In this document: in pieces, positions 48,583 through 58,021 of the stretch
Layout of the letters: each line of letters starts with the position of its first letter
How positions within the stretch are numbered: the stretch's first letter is position 1
Source: Candidatus Bathyarchaeota archaeon
GTDB taxonomy: Archaea; Thermoproteota; Bathyarchaeia; Bathyarchaeales; Bathycorpusculaceae
Reading direction: 5' to 3'
DNA: 64,000 bases
Assembly: GCA_963702095.1 (NCBI GenBank)
Contig: OY969706.1
Coordinates: 1,984,001 to 2,048,000 of the forward strand
Translations under genes and position numbers: made by a program
The notes under the pieces: generated by a model
Seen by the model: the letters and a program-made list of their open reading frames with translations, nothing else
What the model was told of the DNA's origin: nothing
Databases searched by the model: none

Positions 48583-49632
48583 TTGACTAAAGAAGAAGCA
48601 AAACTAAACGAGGAACAACGGAAACTCCAAGTCACAGGCGGATCAACTTTCATACTGTCGCTTCCCAAAGAGTGGGCAACGAAAAATGAACTTAAACGCG
48701 GAAGCTCGATGCTGGTCCGCGAAGAAGACGATGGCTCACTGTCTATTGCGCCCGCAAGTTTTCCTAAAAAAGAAAAACAAGACGAAGCCTTCATTAGGGT
48801 AGGACAAACCGACAACCCTGACGCCGTAATGCGGACAGCAATATCAGCCTACTTAAACGGCTACAACATACTCCACATTCGATCACAAGGACAAAAAGTC
48901 CTCTCATCTAAACTACGCAACCACCTCAAACACTTCGCAAGACACTACCTAGTGGGCACAGAAATCGTCATAGACACACCCACAGATTTAACGTTACAGG
49001 TTTTGCTCAATTATCCTGAATTAACGGTGCAGAATGCTTTGAGTCGCATGGCAATCATCGCTTCATCCATGCATAAAGAAGCTATCTCGGCACTCAAAAA
49101 ACTGGATACCCAGAGCGCTAAAGCAGTTATCGAAACAGACCGCGAAGTCAACCGTTTCGGCCTCTATATCGTACGCCTGTTGAAGCTGGCGGTTTCAAAC
49201 CAGAGGATAGTTAAAGAAATTGGGTTAAGCTACCAAAAAGAATGCTTGGGCTATAGGCTAATCGCTAAAGCGGTAGAGAGAACCGCTGATCACGCCACAA
49301 AAATCGCTGAAAACACTCTGCTACTCAAGGAGCCAGCAAACGCAGAATTCCTCGAAAAAATCAGCCAGCTAAGTGAGTCGGCGAATTCAATGTTTGACAA
49401 CGCAATGGAAGCCCTCTTCAAACGTGACTTTAACTTAGCCGAAAATGTCCTTGAGAAACTCAGTTACGTACATAAAGTTGAGGAAGAAACAGTATTGCGC
49501 TTGCCTAACGCAAAAGTCGATGACATGGTCAACTTGAGGTTGATAATTGAAAGCGTCAGGCGTACTGCGGAGTATGCAAGTGATATTTCTGAAGTTGTGC
49601 TTAACCTTAATGTTGAATCGGTCTTAAGCTAA
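48583..49632 (+). CDS. archaeal phosphate uptake regulator (AbrB-like domain + PhoU domains)
   Basis: RKLQVTGGSTFILSLPKEW; ERTADHA; RRTAEYA.DI. Confidence 0.92.
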   Translation: MTKEEAKLNEEQRKLQVTGGSTFILSLPKEWATKNELKRGSSMLVREEDDGSLSIAPASFPKKEKQDEAFIRVGQTDNPDAVMRTAISAYLNGYNILHIRSQGQKVLSSKLRNHLKHFARHYLVGTEIVIDTPTDLTLQVLLNYPELTVQNALSRMAIIASSMHKEAISALKKLDTQSAKAVIETDREVNRFGLYIVRLLKLAVSNQRIVKEIGLSYQKECLGYRLIAKAVERTADHATKIAENTLLLKEPANAEFLEKISQLSESANSMFDNAMEALFKRDFNLAENVLEKLSYVHKVEEETVLRLPNAKVDDMVNLRLIIESVRRTAEYASDISEVVLNLNVESVLS

Positions 49633-49726
49633 TTTTTTTCTTCCAGAATCCTTTTTTGATTGCTTACGAAGCGCTTGAAGGCTATGTTTTAAAATAAAAA
49701 AGTATCGTTAAGTGAGTTAGTTTGGC

Positions 49727-49906
49727 TCACTGGTATTGCAGGAAGCAAACAACGTTTTGGGTGTCTATTATACTGCCGTTGTCTATTAGATGGGCGGTTC
49801 CATCTGGACAGTAGACTTTGTCGCCCACTATGGCTTTTTTGTAGCGTGCACTGCATTCTTTTAGTTTACAGCAGCCATCACAATCTCTTGACAGCATACG
49901 TATCAT
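49727..49906 (-). CDS. Cys-rich small protein, 56-59 aa (not in ORF track)
   Basis: MIRMLSRDCDGCCKLKECSARYKKAIVGDKVYCPDGTAHLID...; AAGGAG upstream. Confidence 0.6.
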   Translation of the reverse strand: MIRMLSRDCDGCCKLKECSARYKKAIVGDKVYCPDGTAHLIDNGSIIDTQNVVCFLQYQ

Positions 49907-50053
49907 CTCTCCTTGTTTTCAATAGTGTATCACCGGAATACGCCTATATAGATAATCTTCATAAAATATATACTCTAAATATCCAGGCGTGCCATCCGAA
50001 AGACCACTAACAAAGAGGAAACTTTAAGAAACAAGAACCCCAAAATCAACCAG

Positions 50054-50710
50054 ATGCAACATAACAGGTTAAAAGCCAAAGGCATATTCTTAGATTTAGA
50101 CGGAACCCTCGTCGACTCCACAGACGCCTACATAGAAGCCGCACGCATCGCCTTTACAGCCCTCAATAAACCCTTACCGCCAAAAGAAATTTTACTGGAA
50201 ATCCCCCGCCGCATAGAACAGCGGTTAAGCATCGACGGTTACACCGAGGGCTGCACCCAAAAGTTTCTGCCCATATACCTCCAAGCATACTACTCCACCA
50301 CAGAGAAACACGCAAAACTCCTCCCCAACGTGGCAGCCGCCCTCGACACCTTATCAAAAAAATCCAAGCTTGCACTCATCACCATGCGCCATGTACCCAA
50401 CGAAGTCATCTATAAAGAACTGGATTACCTCGGTATTGCCAAGTATTTCAGCCATATTATGACTGCACTGGACACAGCTAAACCGAAGCCTTCACCTGAA
50501 GCGTTAATCCGCTGTGTGGAAACCTTGGATTTAGAGATGCACCAGTGCCTCATCGCCGGCGACTCCATTAACGATATGCGGGCGGGAAAAGCGGCAGGCG
50601 CAAAAACCGTGGCGGTGCTCTCAGGACTCTATGGAAAAGAGGAATTGGCAAAGGAATATCCCGATTTAATGTTGGCGGATGTTAGTTTGTTGCCAGAGCA
50701 TGTTGAATAG
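50054..50710 (+). CDS. HAD-family phosphatase
   Basis: DLDGTLVDS, KPSPE, GDSINDM. Confidence 0.92.
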   Translation: MQHNRLKAKGIFLDLDGTLVDSTDAYIEAARIAFTALNKPLPPKEILLEIPRRIEQRLSIDGYTEGCTQKFLPIYLQAYYSTTEKHAKLLPNVAAALDTLSKKSKLALITMRHVPNEVIYKELDYLGIAKYFSHIMTALDTAKPKPSPEALIRCVETLDLEMHQCLIAGDSINDMRAGKAAGAKTVAVLSGLYGKEELAKEYPDLMLADVSLLPEHVE

Positions 50711-50810
50711 GACTTCTTTGGATATATCGATTCCCGTAATATTACCAGTTTTTGCTTAAGGCGTTATATGTGAACTAACAAAATAAAGTTTAATTGGAAC
50801 CTCAATCTTT

Positions 50811-51458
50811 ATGGTTGTGGAGAGGGCTTCAGCGGGAATCATAATGAATTTCGTAGAGATTATGATAGGGGAGAAATTAAGGGACGCCGATCCAGCCTTG
50901 GATATTATGGGTTCGGACCGCAAAGTCTTGCAAGTGGCGTGTCAGGACTTCACAAACTACCTTAAATTCCATTGGAACCTAATTGGGAAAGAGGCAAACC
51001 AATGCGAAACGGTAGAAAAACTCGAGACACTTTTCAAAGAAAACGCTGATGAACTAGACGCATTTTTAACTGTCTGGTGCAACATCTGGTTTAAGAAGTG
51101 GAAGCAACGGGTCAAACTGCTCATCGGCAACCAAAACGCCAACAAATGGAATAAAATGACCAAAAACATAACCGACGCAGAACCCCTCTGGCACAAAATC
51201 GAGCGCAAACAGGAACTCCAAGAAATCGTCGTTGCAACTCTGATTAAAAACGGGGAAATTTGCGGTACAGAAATTTTAGCCGAGAATCTCCTCAAGATGG
51301 AGCTTGGCGAAAAATCTGTCCAAAACTTAACTGAAAGGGAAAGGGTGCTTATTATTTTGAACAATTCGTTGCGTAAGGCGCGTGAGATGGCGCAAAGCCG
51401 TGGTCCCCTGATCTTCGTTAAGATCGATAAGGGCTACTATAACACGGCAGCTGAGTAA
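50811..51458 (+). CDS. conserved hypothetical protein
   Basis: 215-aa ORF with host-like composition. Confidence 0.7.
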   Translation: MVVERASAGIIMNFVEIMIGEKLRDADPALDIMGSDRKVLQVACQDFTNYLKFHWNLIGKEANQCETVEKLETLFKENADELDAFLTVWCNIWFKKWKQRVKLLIGNQNANKWNKMTKNITDAEPLWHKIERKQELQEIVVATLIKNGEICGTEILAENLLKMELGEKSVQNLTERERVLIILNNSLRKAREMAQSRGPLIFVKIDKGYYNTAAE

Positions 51459-51594
51459 ACTTCCCTAACTTTCCTTTTGTGATTACTGAACGGTTTTTGT
51501 GTTTTAATGCATACGCTATGCTGATTTGATGCTAAAAAGAATGTAACAAATTGAAAGGACAAACGCTTGCTTTAAAAGAGAGTTTTGGCGGCGT

Positions 51595-51783
51595 TCAACA
51601 GACTCTTTGCCTCTGTAGAGTCTTGGTTCGCCAACTGTAGCGCCTCATGGTTGCTTGTTCGCCGTAACCGCAGGCTCCACAGCGTTTGTTGCGTACGTGA
51701 TAGGCACGTCTGCCGCAGCGCCTACATTTTATGTGGACAACTTTGCCCTGGCGCTTGCCCATCGAAGGAGTACCCTTACCCAT
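51595..51783 (-). CDS. rpl37e: 50S ribosomal protein L37e
   Basis: KGTPSMGKR, HIKCRRCGRRAYH, CGACG, YSW. Confidence 0.96.
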   Translation of the reverse strand: MGKGTPSMGKRQGKVVHIKCRRCGRRAYHVRNKRCGACGYGEQATMRRYSWRTKTLQRQRVC

Positions 51784-51788
51784 TTAAC

Positions 51789-52016
51789 TCACCTGGGTGG
51801 GGGTGAAATAAGGACTACGTTGTCTCCTCGAACGATAATTAGCCCTAACTTCTTCTGGTTTTCAATGGCAGTTGTGTCTTCTGTTTCTTCTAGAACCAAG
51901 TTTAAGTGTTGATCGAATCCTTTGAGCCGTCCTCTGAGGCTTTTGCCGCCTTTTAAGCGTACAAGCACTATTTTGCTGAGGTTCTGTTCAAGGATTTCGG
52001 TTGTCATTTCGCTCAT
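51789..52016 (-). CDS. LSm/Sm-like RNA-binding protein
   Basis: GRLKGFDQHLNLVL, IVRGDNV; conserved linkage with rpl37e. Confidence 0.95.
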   Translation of the reverse strand: MSEMTTEILEQNLSKIVLVRLKGGKSLRGRLKGFDQHLNLVLEETEDTTAIENQKKLGLIIVRGDNVVLISPPPR

Positions 52017-52203
52017 ATTGGAATCCTCAAGTATCTTTATCTCTTCTATACTTTATATCTGCCCATTTAAACCTATCTCAAAGACATCTCAAAGACTCAC
52101 AGAAATAGGCATTTAGGGCCTGTTCGGATTCTGGGCAAGGGAAAAGCACGTTTTCTGCCAAGGTAGGAAAAACGAGGAAGAAAAAAATGAAAGGGAGCAA
52201 GCT

Positions 52204-52371
52204 TTAGGACTTGCTTGTTTTTAGCTCTGTATTCTCTTTTTTAAGATCAGCATTCTCCTCCATCAACGCCTTCATGACGGCGTTAAGCTGAGTCATCATG
52301 TCGTTGATGCGCAGGTTCAACATACCAATTTGCTGCATGATTGGAGATACTTCTGTGGGTGCTTGTGTCAA
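52204..52371 (-). CDS. 55-aa coiled-coil protein downstream of the tail fibre (not in ORF track)
   Basis: GGAGGTGA plus TTG; ...MQQIGMLNLRINDMMTQLNAVMKALMEENADLKKENTELKTSKS. Confidence 0.8.
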   Translation of the reverse strand: MTQAPTEVSPIMQQIGMLNLRINDMMTQLNAVMKALMEENADLKKENTELKTSKS

Positions 52372-52410
52372 GGGATTCACCTCCGGTCTTGTATTGTGCC
52401 TGTTAGTTGT

Positions 52411-55302
52411 TTAGGAGGCTGTTTGCTGATTCAACAGTTGTTTTTCAAGGGCTATTATGCGGTCACGGAGTTTCTTCACTTCAATGAGCATTGGGATTGC
52501 GAGTTTTTCGTATTTGACACCCTCAACTTCTCCAAAGTTGTTTCTCCATGTAAGAAGAGTACTGACGGTATCAACGTCTTCGGCGATTAATCCTATTTCT
52601 TGTTGTGTGCCTCTTAGTGCCTGCTGGTCAGCTGTCCAGTAGAAAGTCACTGGATTTAGGTCGTATATCCAAGAGCAATCTTCAATGGGTACAATGTTAT
52701 CTTTGTATTTTTTGGCTGAGCCGCTGTTGTACAGGGTCCCGTTTACATTGGAATAAACAGTGCCGCCACTGCTTAGTGATTGAGGAACAGAGATATAACC
52801 ATCCCACCAAACTTGGAATAAATTAGTTCCCGATGAGTACCTGTCGATATGCCAGTATTTGCCGGTTGAGCCACCTTCAAAGTAGAAGTTGCCCCATTGG
52901 TTCTCTATTATTAGGCCGCCACTGGGTGTTCCGTTATTGCTATTGGCGTTGTACGATTTGAAAAATGCCCCAGATGTTGTGGATGGCGTAAGAAAACCAT
53001 TGTAACCGCCTGTTACTATACCTTTCGAGCTATCTAAGGGAACTAGGTAATTAGTGTACAATGAACCTATGTTTAAGGCGCCATAGTAATATGTGGAGCT
53101 GTTGTAGACGAAAGAGCCGCAGCCTGAATCATAGCTTGCCCCGAGCCGAAGTGTGTAGTTGTTTGTCCAAATCAAGTAAGCGTAGTTTCCACTGCTTGGA
53201 TTGAAGTTTATTTGTCCTGCCATGTTGAGTATGCCATTTATGTTGAGGTCGTCGCTTGTGGTTATTTTGTTTGTTCCGCCGCTGCCAACAGTTAAGTATG
53301 CTGAGTTGTTACCGTTGAAGATTACATGGTCGCAATATACATCATCGCCAGCATAGACGCTATATGTTACGTGATGGCTTCCGTCAGTCGTCGCATCGCA
53401 ATCAATGAAGCACATAGCTGCTGCTGAACGATAAATTGGGACATCTCCGCCGATCAGTAAACCGCCAGATGAACCCTGGGTTGGCAATGATAACTTGCCT
53501 GTTATTGTTGTAGCTCCAAAAGTTTGCGGTAAAGTCCCAGCAGTATTAGTGGCATAAACCTGTGACCCTGACGGACTTGACACTATAGGAGCAAAATAGC
53601 CGTTTGTGCCATACGCATTGTTTTCATCAACTCTCAACGTTATATCCGCATACGCTTGCTGATAGATATATAGGTAATAGTTGTTGCTCCCATCATTGTA
53701 AATCGCAAAATATGACCTGTTTGAACTATTGTCGCTTAGAGCACCATAGTTGATGTGAACAGGAGCCGTGGCTCCACTTCTTGTTCCCGCTATTAGACGC
53801 GTGCCGGATGATGTGTTAACTCCAAAGTTTCGACCATCAGTCATAGTTACGTCAACATAGCCAATTTCGCCGCTGCCAGTAGAGCCTACTATGTTATTGA
53901 TTTTTCCTATACACAACCATCGTGCAGAAGCCGTGTAATTAATACTTATTACTTGAAAACCATTTGCGACCTTTAACCCAGCAAACGTTGGTATACTTGT
54001 TGTTAACAGTGGATTGCTTCCAGCGATGGTTGCTGAGATGTCTACTCCGTCTACTGTATAGCCGCTACCCATCGCAACATTGACGTTGAATGTAGTCGAG
54101 CCCGTCACTATGCCACCGTTCCAAGTTACATTAGACCATGTTGGCGTATTGCCGGTACCTTGCGAAGTTAAGACTTGTCCTGTTTGTCCCACGTTGCCAT
54201 TAAGGTTTATTTGTGCAGTTACACCATTTAGAACCAGATTGTATGTTCTGACGTTGGTGCCGTAGATGTCATACCACCTGTTTGTTGAAGAACCAAGCGT
54301 GAAGGTTTTAGCGGGGTTCTGGGGAATAATGCCACCTGTGGAGGCGGAAGTATCAAAGCCCAAAATCAACCCTGAACCATCAATAGCCATAGTTATGTAG
54401 CCGCTGCCGACCACACCCATCTGCAGATTCCTAGTGCAGACGCTGTTCCACATCTTCTCCATATTGCCGACAAACGATTGATTATCATTAACGGGGGCCA
54501 CTGAGCAACCGTTTTGGAAAGACGCATTCCCCATCACAGTATCGCCCTCAACGGTCAAGTTGCCATGCGCAGTCAAGTTACCCAAATCCAAATGAGCAGG
54601 ATCCTCGCTCGCGAATTTTTTCAGAAAAAGGGTATCGAAATTCCCTGCATAGTTAGAGGTTGGTCCCTTGTCATACCAATGAGGTGCTGATCCTTCCTCA
54701 TGATACTCGTATAAGTGATTATCGTTTGTATTGATGTAAAGTTGCAATTGCTGATGTGTTGGCGGTTCACCTGACAATTGGTCAATGTGGTCTAGGATTC
54801 CCATACCAGAGTGACCCAATACAATCTTTGGGGGATCACACTGCCAATTTAAGCCGCTCCCAAGCGTTAATACACCTTGATTGCTGCATATAAAGCCGCC
54901 CGCAGAGAAGTCCTTCTGCACAACTAATCCTGTGTTAGTGGCTAAAAGTGGTTCATATTCAGGAGGGTCATCGAATTGACTAATTATTCCAAAAAGGGAT
55001 GCTGTTTTTATATATTGGGTACTGGTGTCTTTGAATGTGATTTTACTTTTATTAGCAGCATTTTCTGGGAGTCCTGCAGGTGACCATATGCCATTTGACC
55101 ATCCCCAGATATCTCCCACAATTGTTGCTTTATTAATTACAGAAAAGTTATAAGGAAGAATCAGAGAATCACCTATCTGAAGGGCTAAATTGTCATAATC
55201 ATCAAAGATTGTCTGTAGATCAATTTGATCAGCGTCAGCATTCTCTTTAATAGTGAGTATGGGTTTGCAAGTTAAGTGAAGAAAATTTCCATCATCTACC
55301 AT
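52411..55302 (-). CDS. viral-type tail fibre with a C-terminal peptidase S74 intramolecular chaperone
   Basis: Gly/Ser/Asn/Thr-rich body; SAKKYKDNI, LNPVTFYW, GLIAEDV, VKYEKL, terminal coiled coil; GGAGGTGA upstream. Confidence 0.85.
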   Translation of the reverse strand: MVDDGNFLHLTCKPILTIKENADADQIDLQTIFDDYDNLALQIGDSLILPYNFSVINKATIVGDIWGWSNGIWSPAGLPENAANKSKITFKDTSTQYIKTASLFGIISQFDDPPEYEPLLATNTGLVVQKDFSAGGFICSNQGVLTLGSGLNWQCDPPKIVLGHSGMGILDHIDQLSGEPPTHQQLQLYINTNDNHLYEYHEEGSAPHWYDKGPTSNYAGNFDTLFLKKFASEDPAHLDLGNLTAHGNLTVEGDTVMGNASFQNGCSVAPVNDNQSFVGNMEKMWNSVCTRNLQMGVVGSGYITMAIDGSGLILGFDTSASTGGIIPQNPAKTFTLGSSTNRWYDIYGTNVRTYNLVLNGVTAQINLNGNVGQTGQVLTSQGTGNTPTWSNVTWNGGIVTGSTTFNVNVAMGSGYTVDGVDISATIAGSNPLLTTSIPTFAGLKVANGFQVISINYTASARWLCIGKINNIVGSTGSGEIGYVDVTMTDGRNFGVNTSSGTRLIAGTRSGATAPVHINYGALSDNSSNRSYFAIYNDGSNNYYLYIYQQAYADITLRVDENNAYGTNGYFAPIVSSPSGSQVYATNTAGTLPQTFGATTITGKLSLPTQGSSGGLLIGGDVPIYRSAAAMCFIDCDATTDGSHHVTYSVYAGDDVYCDHVIFNGNNSAYLTVGSGGTNKITTSDDLNINGILNMAGQINFNPSSGNYAYLIWTNNYTLRLGASYDSGCGSFVYNSSTYYYGALNIGSLYTNYLVPLDSSKGIVTGGYNGFLTPSTTSGAFFKSYNANSNNGTPSGGLIIENQWGNFYFEGGSTGKYWHIDRYSSGTNLFQVWWDGYISVPQSLSSGGTVYSNVNGTLYNSGSAKKYKDNIVPIEDCSWIYDLNPVTFYWTADQQALRGTQQEIGLIAEDVDTVSTLLTWRNNFGEVEGVKYEKLAIPMLIEVKKLRDRIIALEKQLLNQQTAS

Positions 55303-55586
55303 ATGCTCACCTCCAAAGCGTTAAAGCACTCTGAAGTTACCATATTAGATCTGATTTGAAACTTATTTTCTAACATTTTTTTTACCTCTAATAGTGCTAA
55401 CAACAATAAAATGAATAAGCCGAATTGTACCACCCATTGGACATTGTGTTGGGCAGTCTGATGACCGCTCTGTTGGGTCAATGAGAAAAATTAGAGATAA
55501 AGAGAACAATGCGCTAATAATCAGAATTAGTTATATGAGTAAAGCATATGAATAACAAGCGATGAATAGACTTAGGTCACTGATAT

Positions 55587-56915
55587 ATGAAGAAACCGCT
55601 CTTGTGCTTGTTTTTACTCATGGTGCTTGCATGTATCGCGTTAGTTAGTAGCTTCCACTCATCCATGGGACAAGTAACGAAGGAAGTTAAAGGCATATTA
55701 GATTCAAACACTGCATGGACAAAGGGAAACAGCCCCTACATGCTTACAGGACCTATATTAGTGAATAGCGGTGTTACTTTAACAATTGAACCTGGCGTTA
55801 CAGTAAATCTTGGCAGTTATTACATACAAGTAAACGGAACATTAAACGCTATAGGTACTACCAAAGATAACATACATTTCAACGGAGGCGGCGGCACCTT
55901 GCCAGGTGCTATCGCCTTCACCAGTTACAGTCCAAATGGGTGTAGCACCATAGAGAATGCTGTCATAAATGCGTCTAACTCAATAGCCATAGGCATCGGT
56001 GATACTTCCCCTAAAATAAACAACAACACTATTTATGGGATTATTTGGGCAGCAGCCTCTACACCGACCGGGGAACCATTAAAGTCATCAACCCCAATTA
56101 TCACCAATAACAATCTCATAGCAAAAAACGGTGAGGGAAGTGTATTAGAAATGAGTACTTCACCTATAATCGCCAATAATACAATTAAAGGAGACATAAG
56201 AGCAGATTCAGAGGATGTGATAATTTCCGGCAATTATATCGAAGGCTCAGTAGTATCGAACGGACAAATAATCAGCAACTTTTTGTCTGGCTGTGGTGGC
56301 GGAAATGGCATACAGGCAGGCTTTGGGGGCATCATAGATCACAATCTAATCACAAACTACGACAATGCGATTGAACTCGGAAGAGGTGCTTCTCCAATAA
56401 TTAGAAACAACACTATTATCAACAATGTTAACGCTGTCTCGGTTTCTGGGTACATCAAAAGTTCATACAACCCCCAAATTTACTGGAATAATATCTACAA
56501 CAATTCAGGTTACAGCATTAACCTGTATATGAGTGAAACCTACCCAACTAGTAACATTAATGCAACATGCAATTGGTGGGGAACAACCAATACTCAAGCA
56601 ATAAATGAGGCTATTCATGATAACGCGGACGATTATAACTTGGGCACGGTTAATTTTGTTCCCATCTTAACTGAACTTAATCCCCAAGCTATGCCTAACA
56701 TAACTGTATTAACGCCACTGCCTTCATCATATCCTACCCCCAACGCATCAGGCGCGACTTCTCAGAACCCAGTAACCCCAAACCAACCCATTTCTGGAGA
56801 GTCTATCCTGTTCGGTTTAGACTGGGTGGAAGTCGCCATAGCGGTTTTACTTGCGGTGATTGCTGTTTTGTTGGTTGTTGTGGTTGTGTTTTTGCGTAGG
56901 AGAAGCGTTGGGTAG
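55587..56915 (+). CDS. membrane-anchored right-handed beta-helix surface protein (paralog of 18266-19633)
   Basis: WTKGNSPY.LTG, GVTLTIEPGVTVN, NWWGT, LGTVNFVP, TM helix plus RRR. Confidence 0.85.
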   Translation: MKKPLLCLFLLMVLACIALVSSFHSSMGQVTKEVKGILDSNTAWTKGNSPYMLTGPILVNSGVTLTIEPGVTVNLGSYYIQVNGTLNAIGTTKDNIHFNGGGGTLPGAIAFTSYSPNGCSTIENAVINASNSIAIGIGDTSPKINNNTIYGIIWAAASTPTGEPLKSSTPIITNNNLIAKNGEGSVLEMSTSPIIANNTIKGDIRADSEDVIISGNYIEGSVVSNGQIISNFLSGCGGGNGIQAGFGGIIDHNLITNYDNAIELGRGASPIIRNNTIINNVNAVSVSGYIKSSYNPQIYWNNIYNNSGYSINLYMSETYPTSNINATCNWWGTTNTQAINEAIHDNADDYNLGTVNFVPILTELNPQAMPNITVLTPLPSSYPTPNASGATSQNPVTPNQPISGESILFGLDWVEVAIAVLLAVIAVLLVVVVVFLRRRSVG

Positions 56916-57039
56916 CGCTGTTTTGTTCTGATTTTTTTGTTTGCATTGTGTCGATTATGCTATTTAAATCAGAAAAAGCAGTCTATACATGCTTTCACAC
57001 CCACATGGCGGCTGCCTCTGCATGGAACCATGTACCGCG

Positions 57040-57185
57040 TGTAGAGCGAAACGCATTTGCCACACCGAAACAGACAAAGAAGCAAGCTGCAATCCAAAAA
57101 AGCAACCGTCCCCTCAACCATTCTTGTGGCGCCCCGCAAAACGCCACACCCACATAAAGAGAGAAAAGCAGTTTATCCCTTGTTT
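57040..57185 (+). repeat. degenerate non-coding repeat downstream of a surface-protein gene
   Basis: AAAACGCCACA is shared with 19645; CACACCCACA...AAAGA...GTT is shared with 63815-63845. Confidence 0.55.
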
Positions 57186-57315
57186 TATGGAAGGAAGTCG
57201 GTGGGAGCATTAGACGCTGCCCACTGGTCCACCAGCAACAAAATAGTGTAGCAGTTATCTATGCACAAATCTTTATGGGGTCAATCTGTAAACATCCATC
57301 AGAGGTTAACCGTAA

Positions 57316-57912
57316 ATGCAGAATATAGTTGAGGCGCCTGCTGAAGTCAACGTGTATGAAAAGTTTAGGAACCCCATTCAAGAAATCATAAACTTTACTC
57401 GGACAATCGATGAAGGATACCGCGAAAAATGCTTCGAAGTTTTACTAAACCACTACTTATCTGGCGGCTTAGAAGTGAAAACCTGCGGCGTCGTTGAATC
57501 ACCCCTAAAGAACATGTTTGAAATGGCAAATTTTTCGGGTGAAACCAAAGTTTTCCTTGAACAGAACAACATATCTGAACAAGTACTCACCAAACTGTTC
57601 ACTAAAATAAAAGGCGACATTTGCCCCATCTACAAAATCACTGAAAACCGAAGGGCAAAAGCCCAAATCCAAATAGCTCTCCTAACAGCCCTTGAGAATG
57701 CACTCAGAGGAGCTAATGGAACTTTCGAGTTTTCAGTCAACACTGTTAGGCAGAGATGTATGGAAATAAAAATGTATGATGGAAGAGACTACTACATCAA
57801 TTTCATGGATGCTGCAGGCTTGTTTGGCAATCTCAACTACGAAGTAATTAAGCTCAGTGGGACAGGCAAGACAGAATTAGCAAGCATAGTCGCGGCCCTT
57901 ACCAAGCAATAG
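57316..57912 (+). CDS. hypothetical protein
   Basis: 198-aa ORF with GAGGT upstream. Confidence 0.7.
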   Translation: MQNIVEAPAEVNVYEKFRNPIQEIINFTRTIDEGYREKCFEVLLNHYLSGGLEVKTCGVVESPLKNMFEMANFSGETKVFLEQNNISEQVLTKLFTKIKGDICPIYKITENRRAKAQIQIALLTALENALRGANGTFEFSVNTVRQRCMEIKMYDGRDYYINFMDAAGLFGNLNYEVIKLSGTGKTELASIVAALTKQ

Positions 57913-58021
57913 TATGTCCGTTTCAACCGGATACTAAACAAGCATCCGACACCTCCATGGCTTCCTGGCTTGCACTTATAAGCTGCGCACCTAAATCATA
58001 AAGACAGGGGGCACCCATAAC

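Noticed and set aside
52115-52140. GTTCGGATTC as a tRNA-derived attachment site beside the tail fibre
   Set aside because: No proper T-stem and no second copy found
48583-54983. TTGACTAA copies at 48583 and 54976
   Set aside because: In coding sequence (a start codon and the tail-fibre body); a few chance 8-mers are expected in 64 kb
56948-57251. Four overlapping short ORFs
   Set aside because: They overlie the repeat region and none looks protein-like
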